DNA of 64,000 nucleotides from Candidatus Omnitrophota bacterium (GTDB lineage Bacteria; Omnitrophota; Gorgyraeia; Gygaellales; Profunditerraquicolaceae): NCBI GenBank assembly GCA_023227985.1, contig JALOCB010000001.1, positions 1,431 to 65,430 of the forward strand, read 5' to 3'. The notes below the pieces were generated by a model. The model saw only the letters and a list, made by a program, of their open reading frames with translations, was not told the DNA's origin and made no database searches. Below, in pieces: positions 46,901 through 54,197 of this stretch (positions within the stretch are counted from its first letter, which is position 1; each line of letters opens with the position of its first letter). The position numbers were made by a program, and so were the translations under genes.

Positions 46901-46975
46901 GAAACCAAAAACGAAGATTATTATCAGGCTTAAGACTCTCTTCAGCATTCTCTTATCTTTATATATATTAGCCAT
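40991..46975 (-). CDS. Giant (1994 aa) secreted multidomain protein: signal peptide, protein-kinase/aminoglycoside-phosphotransferase-like segment, GHKL/histidine-kinase-type ATPase-like segment, CheD-like deamidase-like segment, HEAT/PBS-lyase repeats
   Basis: N-terminal signal LSLIIIFVFGFEQAGFAQ. DSHDENIMLRSDGTLAVIDLG (kinase catalytic-loop-like). ELINNAFDA...VVKDNGAGR...GSGQMGLRIA (N/G1/G2 boxes). YGLYTCVAVSLWDQDTGTGALIHL...KVNIVGG (CheD-like). LRHDNFWISVWAALALGKFGDLRAVDPLLEKL (HEAT-like). Single uninterrupted ORF. Confidence 0.6.
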   Translation of the reverse strand: MANIYKDKRMLKRVLSLIIIFVFGFEQAGFAQVSSAIDLSGMVGSLAKSILPEKYRPLHLRYLSYDNLNGNFRLLLDKGNSKESRPEQLKDTTSELMKYFFVGLSLPNEDFWVNLRPDSPDEMINDDLGRTDVGKILLEADVQLKKDTAAATSPKTPAGKAYWDKLYQKAESLYGSENITIPTLTRPWIVPDEIIVRESQGSAYIYKATLKVMLEQDYLKNNSSYNFPDERSKELNEYSSRIIRETIIPKLTKEINSSKRYAPLRQVYYSLILAQWFKIKYQGNNGIYSGRIDSKDLTNLTSKTAWDKDAYFKAYQKSFKDGEYNIQETRNTVYGQTIRSYFSGGVAWGDLAGKKIIESRVAADDLYRQSKYLARFDITADFSAVSPSIQIEEGAPQPKPVGLSAKDQPNTGAPPSFKNIELTFDLSGYKDKAIYDPGNKQEYAALFTNYKAELTGHLGKSFFTILKNRMGGSVADKVKIEKIRIAYKVNGGIKTIFKVSAQLAFLEGVPIEEQTRLQEQGLPQVINICLIALTPLLPGMEDEYEEPQENNRSFAEELEKKLEFIRKAKMFGAPQTLVPAQYDSGVTRLGGVTYYLQEWIDGPMIAEKNKNNQLTTRDLENIAAAWLNIYKVLGVFVTDSHDENIMLRSDGTLAVIDLGLTSSSDFRMFAGTIVYQLDRIYNPMHLEQFRQAILNGIVKGLGYNDGIEFLRKAYEKTSRPDIAEAIEKFLDLDGARLESDPGAPPGGKDGGVLGVPAGAFNAVDPIRLDKFSRAVLQQRQQYYKSTPRLLEGYEKIADKMERSSGSDEPVINIGPVMVSFAGGIDVLLFGLKRGINGVNDLIIVDQRSFGTEDKLFTPVNYSILQRYYLIGSDSGYNLSEYNLSGIGSIALERIICGLQARIKGVYYFHIKKDGSLQFFDKEQTRNAEDCNNAVIEFIDPKNPAQVKRFWYIQQDINAYKPEFMRFMDKLRFNTLMVKAAYDMFSPDSEVFEYEKTSAILGWAKKSNASIIADNLYPIWLLLPRSIKLTPGQVFGLTGGFGSTDRHVYFSSADRLKYDGGRQEILPAQLDELAAPEWLGKLHEEFRKRNKGKGLAVLNEINGYVDMMDGAWPLQINSNWKEKLAGLSTVSDDDYVYAVVRDNGVVEHPKGDIVLPSQGYSGGGLVRYAVMDQVYRIVVARKSALMNERLLETAYSIHPEEDVAKGNGDILFLWEFSQTANRWDPKENEIVSDPDISIDLQGLYGDLRGKGWVSSVYGDFVRVLSKEFGGRPINIDCASKIALKLFNDYFVPDRVLDGSDISWKNIKSFTGIIPKEKELNEIVNNRRKNKQTISDGGSGAFSNKPDPRAERIRTALQNYPKTFKIVFPDFARGYSNYGEWKENYAKQRKGFIESLPITIAEGYRLHQRDSFYDAGFAVKELINNAFDAVMSYYDHNLLVSKRRPGSYRGEITVTVGIKDFGNAGGSLEIVVKDNGAGRYSAISEEKGKNPDLYTGSGQMGLRIADNIAATINKRRYKDNIAAQRSLVFKNGHTEAVLSLPLAVLEVKADNTDTKDAVIVPEAHYAILAGGKLKTYGLYTCVAVSLWDQDTGTGALIHLTNDLDMAETIKKVVSQMIDEFGVKDADKLKVNIVGGLNRDRELITKVRAYFSLWPQGMVEHNLTTDYKRSVIFNTGSNAVFDMTGIIKEDLERANFLPPSFFWGLKGNPAVRVIPDGGLENGGDIKDILAKVGLLSPKIVRWESAQGAIDGILNLSIPDEQKFQVLVECLRHDNFWISVWAALALGKFGDLRAVDPLLEKLREEIARGENAARERYQVASAVINALVELGDPGAIKQLTDIWQNHPNFWQAKDGIEKLQAKHKYSLSGEESVINDDGGKGGVDFRGLPINIRQAAGSIPAGFMDNMLIDKQATKEDILKLTKDLEEIRRLIESENIPSLDRLKNNIRLCYQKQYLKQSSGQLASCIADMLRMEEADAQATDPQLLEMLEFLELSAAN

Positions 46976-47195
46976 AATATTAACAAAGCACTTTGCAAAA
47001 GCGCTTCTTTTTTGATCATAAAAAAACTAACTATTGTATAAGGAATATTGTTTATCAGCCTCTTTAAGTATGTATTATATAGAGTGCTTTTTCAACCCTA
47101 TTTTAGCTGTTTTGTGAAAACGGTTTCAATCCCATTTTCTCTGCCCTTTACCGGGGTTTTCTAAGAAAAGCTCTTAATTCCAATTTAAAAATGTG

Positions 47196-47223
47196 TTGCT
47201 TTTTATTGACGTGAGGGTATACT
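47196..47223 (+). promoter_or_regulatory. Candidate promoter of the pilin island: TTGCTT - 16 nt - TATACT
   Basis: ttgctttttattgacgtgagggtatact, ~40 nt upstream of the pilin ATG. Confidence 0.35.
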
Positions 47224-47263
47224 CTTAATAGAGATTTTTAAATCTCATAATCCCTGATTTGAA

Positions 47264-47665
47264 ATGCGTAAAGCTTTTACGTTAATAGAATTCCTGGTGG
47301 TTTTAATCATTATTGGGATAGCTGCGTCTGTAGCCCTGCCTAATTTCTCCGGACGGCTCGAACAATTCAGGGCCCAGGAAGCGGAAACAACCCTTCTTTT
47401 GATCAACAACGCGCAAAAAAGATACAAAATGGTCAATGGCCGGTATTTTACCTGCGCTCCTAACTGCGACGTACAATCGATCAACGAAAACTTAACCCTG
47501 GATATCCAAGGCGATTATTATTTCAACTATTCGATCGCGGCCTGGGGCTCTTCCAATGAAGGCTTTCAAGCAACAGCTACACGCAAAGACGGGACGTGCG
47601 CGGACAAACACATGTCATCCACATACCTCAATAATACTATCTCCAAAGAATGCGCCCAATGGTAG
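47264..47665 (+). CDS. Type IV pilin/pseudopilin-like protein (prepilin-type N-terminal domain)
   Basis: MRKAFTLIEFLVVLIIIGIAASVALPNF: class III signal with Glu+5 and hydrophobic helix, but Ala rather than Gly at -1. 133 aa with 4 Cys in the C-terminal half. Confidence 0.7.
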   Translation: MRKAFTLIEFLVVLIIIGIAASVALPNFSGRLEQFRAQEAETTLLLINNAQKRYKMVNGRYFTCAPNCDVQSINENLTLDIQGDYYFNYSIAAWGSSNEGFQATATRKDGTCADKHMSSTYLNNTISKECAQW

Positions 47666-49026
47666 AATCCGCCGGTTTGCATAAAACACTTCCCCGCCTG
47701 GTCAGCCTCGGTTTGTTGCTTTTTTGGGTCGGCTCCGCTTACGCCCAAGCGGAAAAGTTAAGCTATCTGCCCAGCAATGACAACATGGACACCGTAACCA
47801 AAGATTATCCCTCCCCTTTACAAGTTCTCGGGTTCGCTAAAGACGATTGCGAAGAAGCAAATGAATTGTTCCAGCAGGCCGAGGATTGCTACAATTGTAT
47901 TCAGAACTTAAAACCGGCGTGCCCGGATTGCTGCTTGACAAGTGTCGACGATTTTTGGGCGGTCCGCTGCTCTGAGGATGTAGACAGAAAATATGCCTGC
48001 GCGACAAAGGCCTTCGCTCCGGCAGACTGCTCCGACACTAACTGCTCGCCGGACTGGGACGATGTGTGCAAAACAACCTCGACAATGAGCACACTGAATC
48101 ACTGCCAGTATAATGGCTGCCCCAATACTGAACCGGAGCATGATACATTTGCTGAGCCCGCTGAAATATGCATCCCTTCCGGAGCCAATGCCTGGAAATG
48201 TAATTTCAGAAGGACTAAGGCTCGCCCGGCTTACCCGGGGTGCCCGGCCAACGAGGGATCAACAACCTCGCCCTGTTCCAGCACCCCTTATTACACCCTT
48301 AAGACCATTAATGAACCGATGATAGAAAAAATGCCCCCGGTCTGCCCGAATAAAGATTACCCCTGCTGGTTATACACGCCAACTTCGTATTTTCAGGATT
48401 GCATTGATTCCTGCAAACTTTATTCCAACAATTGGGACACTTGTAACAATGTCCTTTCTTGCTGTAAAAGAGGTGTCTGCCCGGATATGGGCTCAGGCGG
48501 CCGTGACGTATTCTGCGAACTGAACAAATGTCAGCAACGCCTGGAAATACCAAGATGCGCCGCGTTCACTTCTTCCGAAGCGTACACCAAAGAAGAGACC
48601 TGCGCTAAATTAAGCATAGCGGCGAATAATTGCGTGATCAAAGGCCTTTGCTCTTCCTGTTTCAAAGAGCTGGATCCGGCTTTCTTCTATAAATTCGTCG
48701 CCAGAAGCCGGCAAGGCGTGACCATAATCTGGCAGATGGTCACCCAGCCCTTAACCCCCACACAATTCCTTTACACAAAACTTAAGCTCTTTGAGATATC
48801 GCCGGCCACCGGCGCGGAAACCATTGTCCACGAAAGCATCATTCATCAAAAAAGCCTGGCCGCGGCCTTTTCTATATTTTGCGCTACCCATATACCTCCC
48901 GCGACCTTGAAACCCGGGAAGGCTTATATTGCCAGACTATATCACTTCCTTCCTTATAACGAAAAAACCACCTTAAGGGTGGATATAAAAAGCATGCGTT
49001 TGATCACAATAAGATCAAGAGAATAA
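47650..49026 (+). CDS. Secreted cysteine-rich protein (~40 Cys in 458 aa), function unknown
   Basis: Signal peptide LVSLGLLLFWVGSAYAQA. Cys-dense modules (CEEANELFQQAEDCYNCIQNLKPACPDCC...). Overlaps the pilin gene end by 16 nt. Confidence 0.5.
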   Translation: MRPMVESAGLHKTLPRLVSLGLLLFWVGSAYAQAEKLSYLPSNDNMDTVTKDYPSPLQVLGFAKDDCEEANELFQQAEDCYNCIQNLKPACPDCCLTSVDDFWAVRCSEDVDRKYACATKAFAPADCSDTNCSPDWDDVCKTTSTMSTLNHCQYNGCPNTEPEHDTFAEPAEICIPSGANAWKCNFRRTKARPAYPGCPANEGSTTSPCSSTPYYTLKTINEPMIEKMPPVCPNKDYPCWLYTPTSYFQDCIDSCKLYSNNWDTCNNVLSCCKRGVCPDMGSGGRDVFCELNKCQQRLEIPRCAAFTSSEAYTKEETCAKLSIAANNCVIKGLCSSCFKELDPAFFYKFVARSRQGVTIIWQMVTQPLTPTQFLYTKLKLFEISPATGAETIVHESIIHQKSLAAAFSIFCATHIPPATLKPGKAYIARLYHFLPYNEKTTLRVDIKSMRLITIRSRE

Positions 49027-49040
49027 AAAGGAGGCGTGTT

Positions 49041-49802
49041 ATGCAAAAAAAGTGTTGGCTCTTATTGTTGCTTTTCCTGCCGGCAGTCTGCACAATCTGT
49101 ATGGCCGCGGACAATACCTCGGAAATGCCTGTAGGCCAGGCACCCAGCGTAACCACTATCGTCGGATCGGGCGCGGCTACGCTGGAATCGGTAAAATACC
49201 CTGAATTCTACACCTACAATGCCCCGGGCTATGAAACTTGCGGCGAACACCTCAAAACCCTCAGCGGGGCATTAAAAGGGAATTACTCGACTTTTCAGGT
49301 AATCCCCGGGCTGCAAACCACTTTCAGCATTCCTGCTGAATACCGCAGCACTTCCAGGATCTTATTCACCTGGACAGTGCGTATCGAAACCGGCCGGGTT
49401 ACCGCTGTCACTGTAGCGCCAACTTTTTGCGCTGATTTTTTTGGGACATCTTATCAGCGATTCACCGGCGGAGAAGTTGATACGCAGTTGTTCATAAACG
49501 GCAGGGCGATGCAGCCTACCGCGACAATGACGGTCCCGGGGACATCAACCGCAGAAATTTATCAGGAATATCATACGCCGCCTCCTCCTCCGCCTCCGCC
49601 GCCATGCTGGGGATGCGGTTGCTGGCCTTGCGGCGATCCGACCCTTACCGGAAGTTGTTTAATAGCGCCCGGCGATTTAGGCCTGGCGGCTTTTCCGGCC
49701 AGCATGCAGGTCGATGTCCGCTGGTTTAACAAGATGGGCGGTTTCCAGGCAGTCAGCCCTGATCAGATGCGCGAACTTATAATCACCATTATACCGCAAT
49801 AA
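49041..49802 (+). CDS. Secreted protein with a PPPPPPPPP-CWGCGCWPCG motif, function unknown
   Basis: Signal peptide CWLLLLLFLPAVCTICMAA. Poly-Pro run followed by a Cys/Trp cluster. Confidence 0.45.
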   Translation: MQKKCWLLLLLFLPAVCTICMAADNTSEMPVGQAPSVTTIVGSGAATLESVKYPEFYTYNAPGYETCGEHLKTLSGALKGNYSTFQVIPGLQTTFSIPAEYRSTSRILFTWTVRIETGRVTAVTVAPTFCADFFGTSYQRFTGGEVDTQLFINGRAMQPTATMTVPGTSTAEIYQEYHTPPPPPPPPPCWGCGCWPCGDPTLTGSCLIAPGDLGLAAFPASMQVDVRWFNKMGGFQAVSPDQMRELIITIIPQ

Positions 49803-50599
49803 TGAGAACCCGAAAAAAGGGCTTTACCATCCTGGAGGTGGTGGTATCTCTGGTGCTTTTAGCCATCGGATTCCAGGGTTTTATCTCTTTGGCATACTGG
49901 GGTAAATTCCTCTTTAAGCAAACCGATACTTATTCCAAAGTAATGAGCGTCGGTTTGCTTAAAATGGAGGAAACACTGGCCAAATCTTATTATGACCTTA
50001 CTACTAATTCCTCCGGAGTCTACAACGGCATTTATTGGAATATTAACATCTCTGATAAAAAAGAAGGGGTGATCCCGTATAAGCTGATCGAGGTAAAGAC
50101 AGCCAACGGGGACTCCTCTAACCCAAAGCGGATTGAAGGCAGGCTGGAAAATGTTGTGCCTTACCCCTACATCCATTCCTTCTCTCAAACTATAGTTGAT
50201 GACGGGCTGACCTTTGTCCCCGCCGGGGCTCCTTTGTCCTCCCCGGCAGCTTCAAGTTTCAGCTCTATCGGCGGGCAAAGATTGTTTTTATCCGTTAATT
50301 TCGAAGTCCCTAAAAATATAATGATCCTCTATAACATTTCCGTGGAGCAGGAAGATATAGCCGGGGTGCTCGCGAACGACACGATCTACACAGAATGTTT
50401 CATAGACAACATCCCCAAGCCGGTAATGACCCGGACCCCCATCTGGACCCAGCCTCTTATCAGCAATGTCCTGGGGATAGATAGCATCTTGCCCGGGAGG
50501 CATACTATAGAGGTGCGCTGGTGTAAAGATACTACTTCCGGCATACTGAAATTACGGGACGCGAACCTGATCGTCCTGGCTTTTGAGAAAAACAAATGA
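49802..50599 (+). CDS. Pseudopilin / minor pilin-like protein (prepilin-type N-terminal cleavage/methylation domain)
   Basis: MRTRKKGFTILEVVVSLVLLAIGF: canonical G-F-T-I-L-E motif. Confidence 0.6.
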   Translation: MRTRKKGFTILEVVVSLVLLAIGFQGFISLAYWGKFLFKQTDTYSKVMSVGLLKMEETLAKSYYDLTTNSSGVYNGIYWNINISDKKEGVIPYKLIEVKTANGDSSNPKRIEGRLENVVPYPYIHSFSQTIVDDGLTFVPAGAPLSSPAASSFSSIGGQRLFLSVNFEVPKNIMILYNISVEQEDIAGVLANDTIYTECFIDNIPKPVMTRTPIWTQPLISNVLGIDSILPGRHTIEVRWCKDTTSGILKLRDANLIVLAFEKNK

Positions 50600-51132
50600 A
50601 AAAAGGTCTCACTCTTATAGAATTAGTGGTGGCGTCGGTAATAGTGACCATGCTTCTGGTAATCGTCAGTTCATCCTATAGCCTGCATTTTAACTCGATG
50701 ATCCTGGATATGCGCCTGGCCAATGTCCGCCTGCAGACGGACTACGCCCTGGAAAATATCCGCCTCCATTGCATAAATACTATCCGGATAGAACCCCTTT
50801 ACTTGTTCCCAGCCGGCATTACCAGCCACAAAACCCGCTTTTGTTTCGAGGGCGAGAACAATGTATACAACATAACTCCGGACACCTTGACAGATAACTC
50901 GCAGTACTGTTATTATATAAACACGGACGGAGACCTGGTTTTATCCACCAACTCGGTCAAAGAAGAGCTCCTGATCGAAAAGGCGTACGCCCCGACGGTT
51001 TTATTCAGCTATACTGAAGGAGATGAGCCCAATCTGATGCGGGTGAATGTAACCGCGCAGATAAAAAACCATACCATCGTCAAGAACGAGGCTATATCCT
51101 TCTGGTTCACCGACATCTTAAACACACAATGA
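50596..51132 (+). CDS. Pseudopilin / minor pilin-like protein (prepilin-type N-terminal domain)
   Basis: MKKGLTLIELVVASVIVTMLL: G-L-T-L-I-E motif. 4-nt overlap with the previous gene. Confidence 0.6.
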   Translation: MKKGLTLIELVVASVIVTMLLVIVSSSYSLHFNSMILDMRLANVRLQTDYALENIRLHCINTIRIEPLYLFPAGITSHKTRFCFEGENNVYNITPDTLTDNSQYCYYINTDGDLVLSTNSVKEELLIEKAYAPTVLFSYTEGDEPNLMRVNVTAQIKNHTIVKNEAISFWFTDILNTQ

Positions 51133-51431
51133 TCTATATCATATCGATGACCATAACCTTGTCATTTATCCTGAGCGGAGTCTTCCTCGGGCTTGCCCCT
51201 TCTATCCACCGGGTAATAGAGTCGGATTTTCTGCGCAGGGCCTCATCCAATGCCAAGATCGAAGGCCTGCAGATAGGCACTCTCATGTCCAGGTCAAAAC
51301 CGGGCGTAGACCAGACCCGACAGTTCACTTCCGACCTTATCTTCAAAGAATCCGAAACGATCAAAAAGCTGGTGACCACCATAACAATAAAATCCAACCT
51401 CATCAATGTTACCATCGACACCGGGGAATAA
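51129..51431 (+). CDS. Small hydrophobic-N-terminus protein of the pilin island, unknown function
   Basis: 100-aa ORF overlapping the previous gene by 4 nt. N-terminal TM-like segment, no prepilin motif. Confidence 0.3.
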   Translation: MIYIISMTITLSFILSGVFLGLAPSIHRVIESDFLRRASSNAKIEGLQIGTLMSRSKPGVDQTRQFTSDLIFKESETIKKLVTTITIKSNLINVTIDTGE

Positions 51432-51496
51432 TATCCCCTGTTACATCAAAAACATCCCCGCGTTTTTTAATTGATCCTCGGCCAGCTGTACGTCGG

Positions 51497-52150
51497 TTAT
51501 ACGACAACTACGAATTCGCCTTTAAAAGAATGGGATTTTAGGTGGGAAATGATCGTTTCGGGTTTAGCGCGCAGCACTTCCTCGAACTTTTTAGTCAATT
51601 CACGGCAAATAACAACCTCTTTTCCCGGCCAGATATCCCGGATCGCGGATAAGGTATCCAGGATCCTGTGGCAGGATTCATAAAAAACAATGGTGTAATC
51701 CATTTTAGACAATTCCTGCAGCCTGTTTCTGCGGGCAATGGGTTTATTCGGCAGGAATCCCTCAAAGACAAATTTATGCGCAGGCTTGCCTGAAAGTACC
51801 AGGGCATTGATCAAAGCGGTCGGGCCTGGGATCAAAGTCATTGGGATAGAATTGGTTATCGCCAAATTGACCAGGTTATATCCGGGGTCTAAAATGCCCG
51901 GGGTACCCGCATCCGAGACCAGAGCGATGTCTTTGCCTTCTTTTAAGATCCTCAAAAGGGATTCGCCTTTGGTAAACCGGTTATGTTGAAAAAAACTAGT
52001 GGTGGGGGTTTTAATGCCGTAATGATCCAGGAGTATCCTGCTATGCCGGGTATCCTCGCAGGCAATAAGGTCAACCGACTTCAGCACCTCTATTGCCCTT
52101 AAAGTGACATCCCCCAGGTTCCCTATTGGAGTAGCGACTACATATAACAT
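51497..52150 (-). CDS. rsmI: 16S rRNA (cytidine1402-2'-O)-methyltransferase
   Basis: MLYVVATPIGNLGDVTLRAIEVLKSVDLIACEDTRHSRILLDHYGI: RsmI tetrapyrrole-methylase-family N-terminus. Confidence 0.85.
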   Translation of the reverse strand: MLYVVATPIGNLGDVTLRAIEVLKSVDLIACEDTRHSRILLDHYGIKTPTTSFFQHNRFTKGESLLRILKEGKDIALVSDAGTPGILDPGYNLVNLAITNSIPMTLIPGPTALINALVLSGKPAHKFVFEGFLPNKPIARRNRLQELSKMDYTIVFYESCHRILDTLSAIRDIWPGKEVVICRELTKKFEEVLRAKPETIISHLKSHSFKGEFVVVV

Positions 52151-52160
52151 ATCTTTGATT

Positions 52161-53999
52161 TTATTCGACGGTCACTGATTTAGCCAGATTCCTGGGCTGA
52201 TCCACGTCACAGCCTCTTTTAACCGCGATATGGTAGGCGATCAACTGCAGAGGCAAAGCCGCCAGGAGCGGAGAAAATATCTCGTCGCATCTGGGTACAA
52301 AAATAACCTCTCCGGCTTGATCTTTTATCTTTTCATCGCCGCAAGTGGCTATAGCGATGATCTCCCCTTTGCGGGCACGGATTTCTTGAAGGTTGGAAAT
52401 CATTTTTTCATATACCTTGGACGCGCAGGCTATACAGACAACCGCCCGGTATTCGTCGATCAAGGCAATAGGGCCGTGCTTCATTTCGCCGGCGGCATAT
52501 CCTTCAGCCGGGATATAGGATATCTCTTTCAATTTCAACGCCCCTTCCAGGGCAGAGGGAAAATTTATATTCCTGCCCAGATACAGGAACGAGCCGAAGT
52601 GCGAATGCCGGCGCGCCAGTTCGGCTATTTTATCCTGGCCTTTAAGTACCGCTTCCTGCAGAGAGGGAATCTTTTTCAGGCCTGCCAGATATTTATTTAT
52701 TTTCTCCGGGGACAGGATATTCCGGATCCGGGCGAGATAAAAAGCAAATATGTACAACGCGGTTATCTGGGCGGTATAGGCCTTGGTCGAAGCTACGCCT
52801 ATCTCCGGACCGGCATGCGTGTAAATGACCCCGTCGGATTCCCGGGTCAACGTAGAACCAAAAACATTGCATATAGAAAGCACCCGCGCCCCGCGCCGGC
52901 GGGCTTCCCTCACCCCGGCCAAAGTATCCGCAGTCTCCCCTGACTGGCTGATGGCGATAACCAGGGTTTTATCATCTATAAGCAGGTCCCTGTAACGGAA
53001 CTCGCTGGAGACATCAACTACCGTAGATATACGGCAAAGAGATTCCAGTATATATTTGCCCGCTAACCCCGCGTGATAAGCTGTTCCGCAGGCGACTATC
53101 GCGATATTATCTATCTTCTTCAGCTGGGACAACGGGATATTCTGCTCTTCAAGCTTTATACTCCCTTTCCCGTAATCGATACTGGCATTTAGGAAATCCC
53201 GGATGATCTTGGGTTGCTCGTTGATCTCTTTAAGCATAAAATGCTTGTATCCGGATTTCTGCGCCTGGGTAATATCCCAACTGATCCGCGAGCTCTTGAA
53301 AGTTGCCGGTTTGCCTGAAAAATCGGTTATCCTGCAGCGATCCGGGGTAATGACAGCGATGCGGTTTTCTTCCAAAAAGACGATATCCTTTGTGGATCCC
53401 AATACAGCCGGGGCATCGGAAGCCAGGAAATTCTCGGACTTGCCTAGCCCCACAATAAGCGGACTGCCCATCCGCGCGCCCACCAATTTCCCTGGCTCCC
53501 GGCTAGAGATGACCGCTATGGCAAAAGACCCTTCCAGCTTAGATACGGCTTTCCTGACCGCCCCCTCAAGGTCGACCTTTTTATAAAATTTCTCTACCAG
53601 ATGAACTATCACCTCGGTGTCCGTCTGGCTTACGAATTTATGCCCCTCTTTAATAAGTTCGCTTTTGAGTTTTGAGTAATTCTCGATGATCCCGTTATGG
53701 GCCAGGGCGAGCTCGCCGGTGCAATCCGCGTGTGGATGGGCATTTTCCTGATTAGGCGCACCGTGGGTCGCCCATCGCGTGTGGGCGATGCCGCTTGTTC
53801 CGTTGAGCGGTTTTTTTTTGAGGATATTTTCCAGAGCGCTGATCTTACCCGGAGATTTTCTTATGGAAAGTGTTTGTTTGTTGGAAAGGATCACCGCCAT
53901 TCCGCTGGAATCGTATCCGCGGTACTCCAGCGATTTCAGTCCGTTAAGCAGGATTGGCTGGGCCTGGCGTTGCCCTACATATCCGATTATGCCGCACAT
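52161..53999 (-). CDS. glmS: Glutamine--fructose-6-phosphate aminotransferase (isomerizing)
   Basis: MCGIIGYVG (Ntn Cys1). Two SIS domains. C-terminus ...KSVTVE. Confidence 0.9.
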   Translation of the reverse strand: MCGIIGYVGQRQAQPILLNGLKSLEYRGYDSSGMAVILSNKQTLSIRKSPGKISALENILKKKPLNGTSGIAHTRWATHGAPNQENAHPHADCTGELALAHNGIIENYSKLKSELIKEGHKFVSQTDTEVIVHLVEKFYKKVDLEGAVRKAVSKLEGSFAIAVISSREPGKLVGARMGSPLIVGLGKSENFLASDAPAVLGSTKDIVFLEENRIAVITPDRCRITDFSGKPATFKSSRISWDITQAQKSGYKHFMLKEINEQPKIIRDFLNASIDYGKGSIKLEEQNIPLSQLKKIDNIAIVACGTAYHAGLAGKYILESLCRISTVVDVSSEFRYRDLLIDDKTLVIAISQSGETADTLAGVREARRRGARVLSICNVFGSTLTRESDGVIYTHAGPEIGVASTKAYTAQITALYIFAFYLARIRNILSPEKINKYLAGLKKIPSLQEAVLKGQDKIAELARRHSHFGSFLYLGRNINFPSALEGALKLKEISYIPAEGYAAGEMKHGPIALIDEYRAVVCIACASKVYEKMISNLQEIRARKGEIIAIATCGDEKIKDQAGEVIFVPRCDEIFSPLLAALPLQLIAYHIAVKRGCDVDQPRNLAKSVTVE

Positions 54000-54114
54000 A
54001 TGGCTATAGTTAAACGCTGAAGGGTTTATAGTCGATAATCCATAATCGGTAAACGTTAACGGCGGTTTCTGAAACTATGGACTATAGACTATTGATTATT
54101 GACTAATAAATTTA

Positions 54115-54189
54115 CGTCCCCAACCGGATTTGAACCGGTGTCGAGAGCTTGAAAAGCTCTTGTCCTAGACCAGGCTAGACGATGGGGAC
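54115..54189 (-). tRNA. tRNA-Glu (anticodon TTC)
   Basis: Manual cloverleaf: acceptor GTCCCCA/TGGGGAC, anticodon stem AGAGC/GCTCT, loop TTTTCAA, T-arm ACCGG-TTCAAAT-CCGGT. Confidence 0.8.
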
Positions 54190-54197
54190 TGATCGAT

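Noticed and set aside
49559-49590. ccgcctcctcctccgcctccgccgcca as a simple-sequence repeat
   Set aside because: It is coding: nine Pro codons inside a secreted-protein ORF, not an intergenic microsatellite.
54000-54114. Possible glmS ribozyme or other riboswitch upstream of glmS
   Set aside because: Only ~115 nt between glmS and tRNA-Glu, and the sequence lacks the conserved glmS ribozyme core. The low-complexity ctatag/gataatc motifs here are not a recognisable RNA family. A covariance-model search would be needed to be sure.
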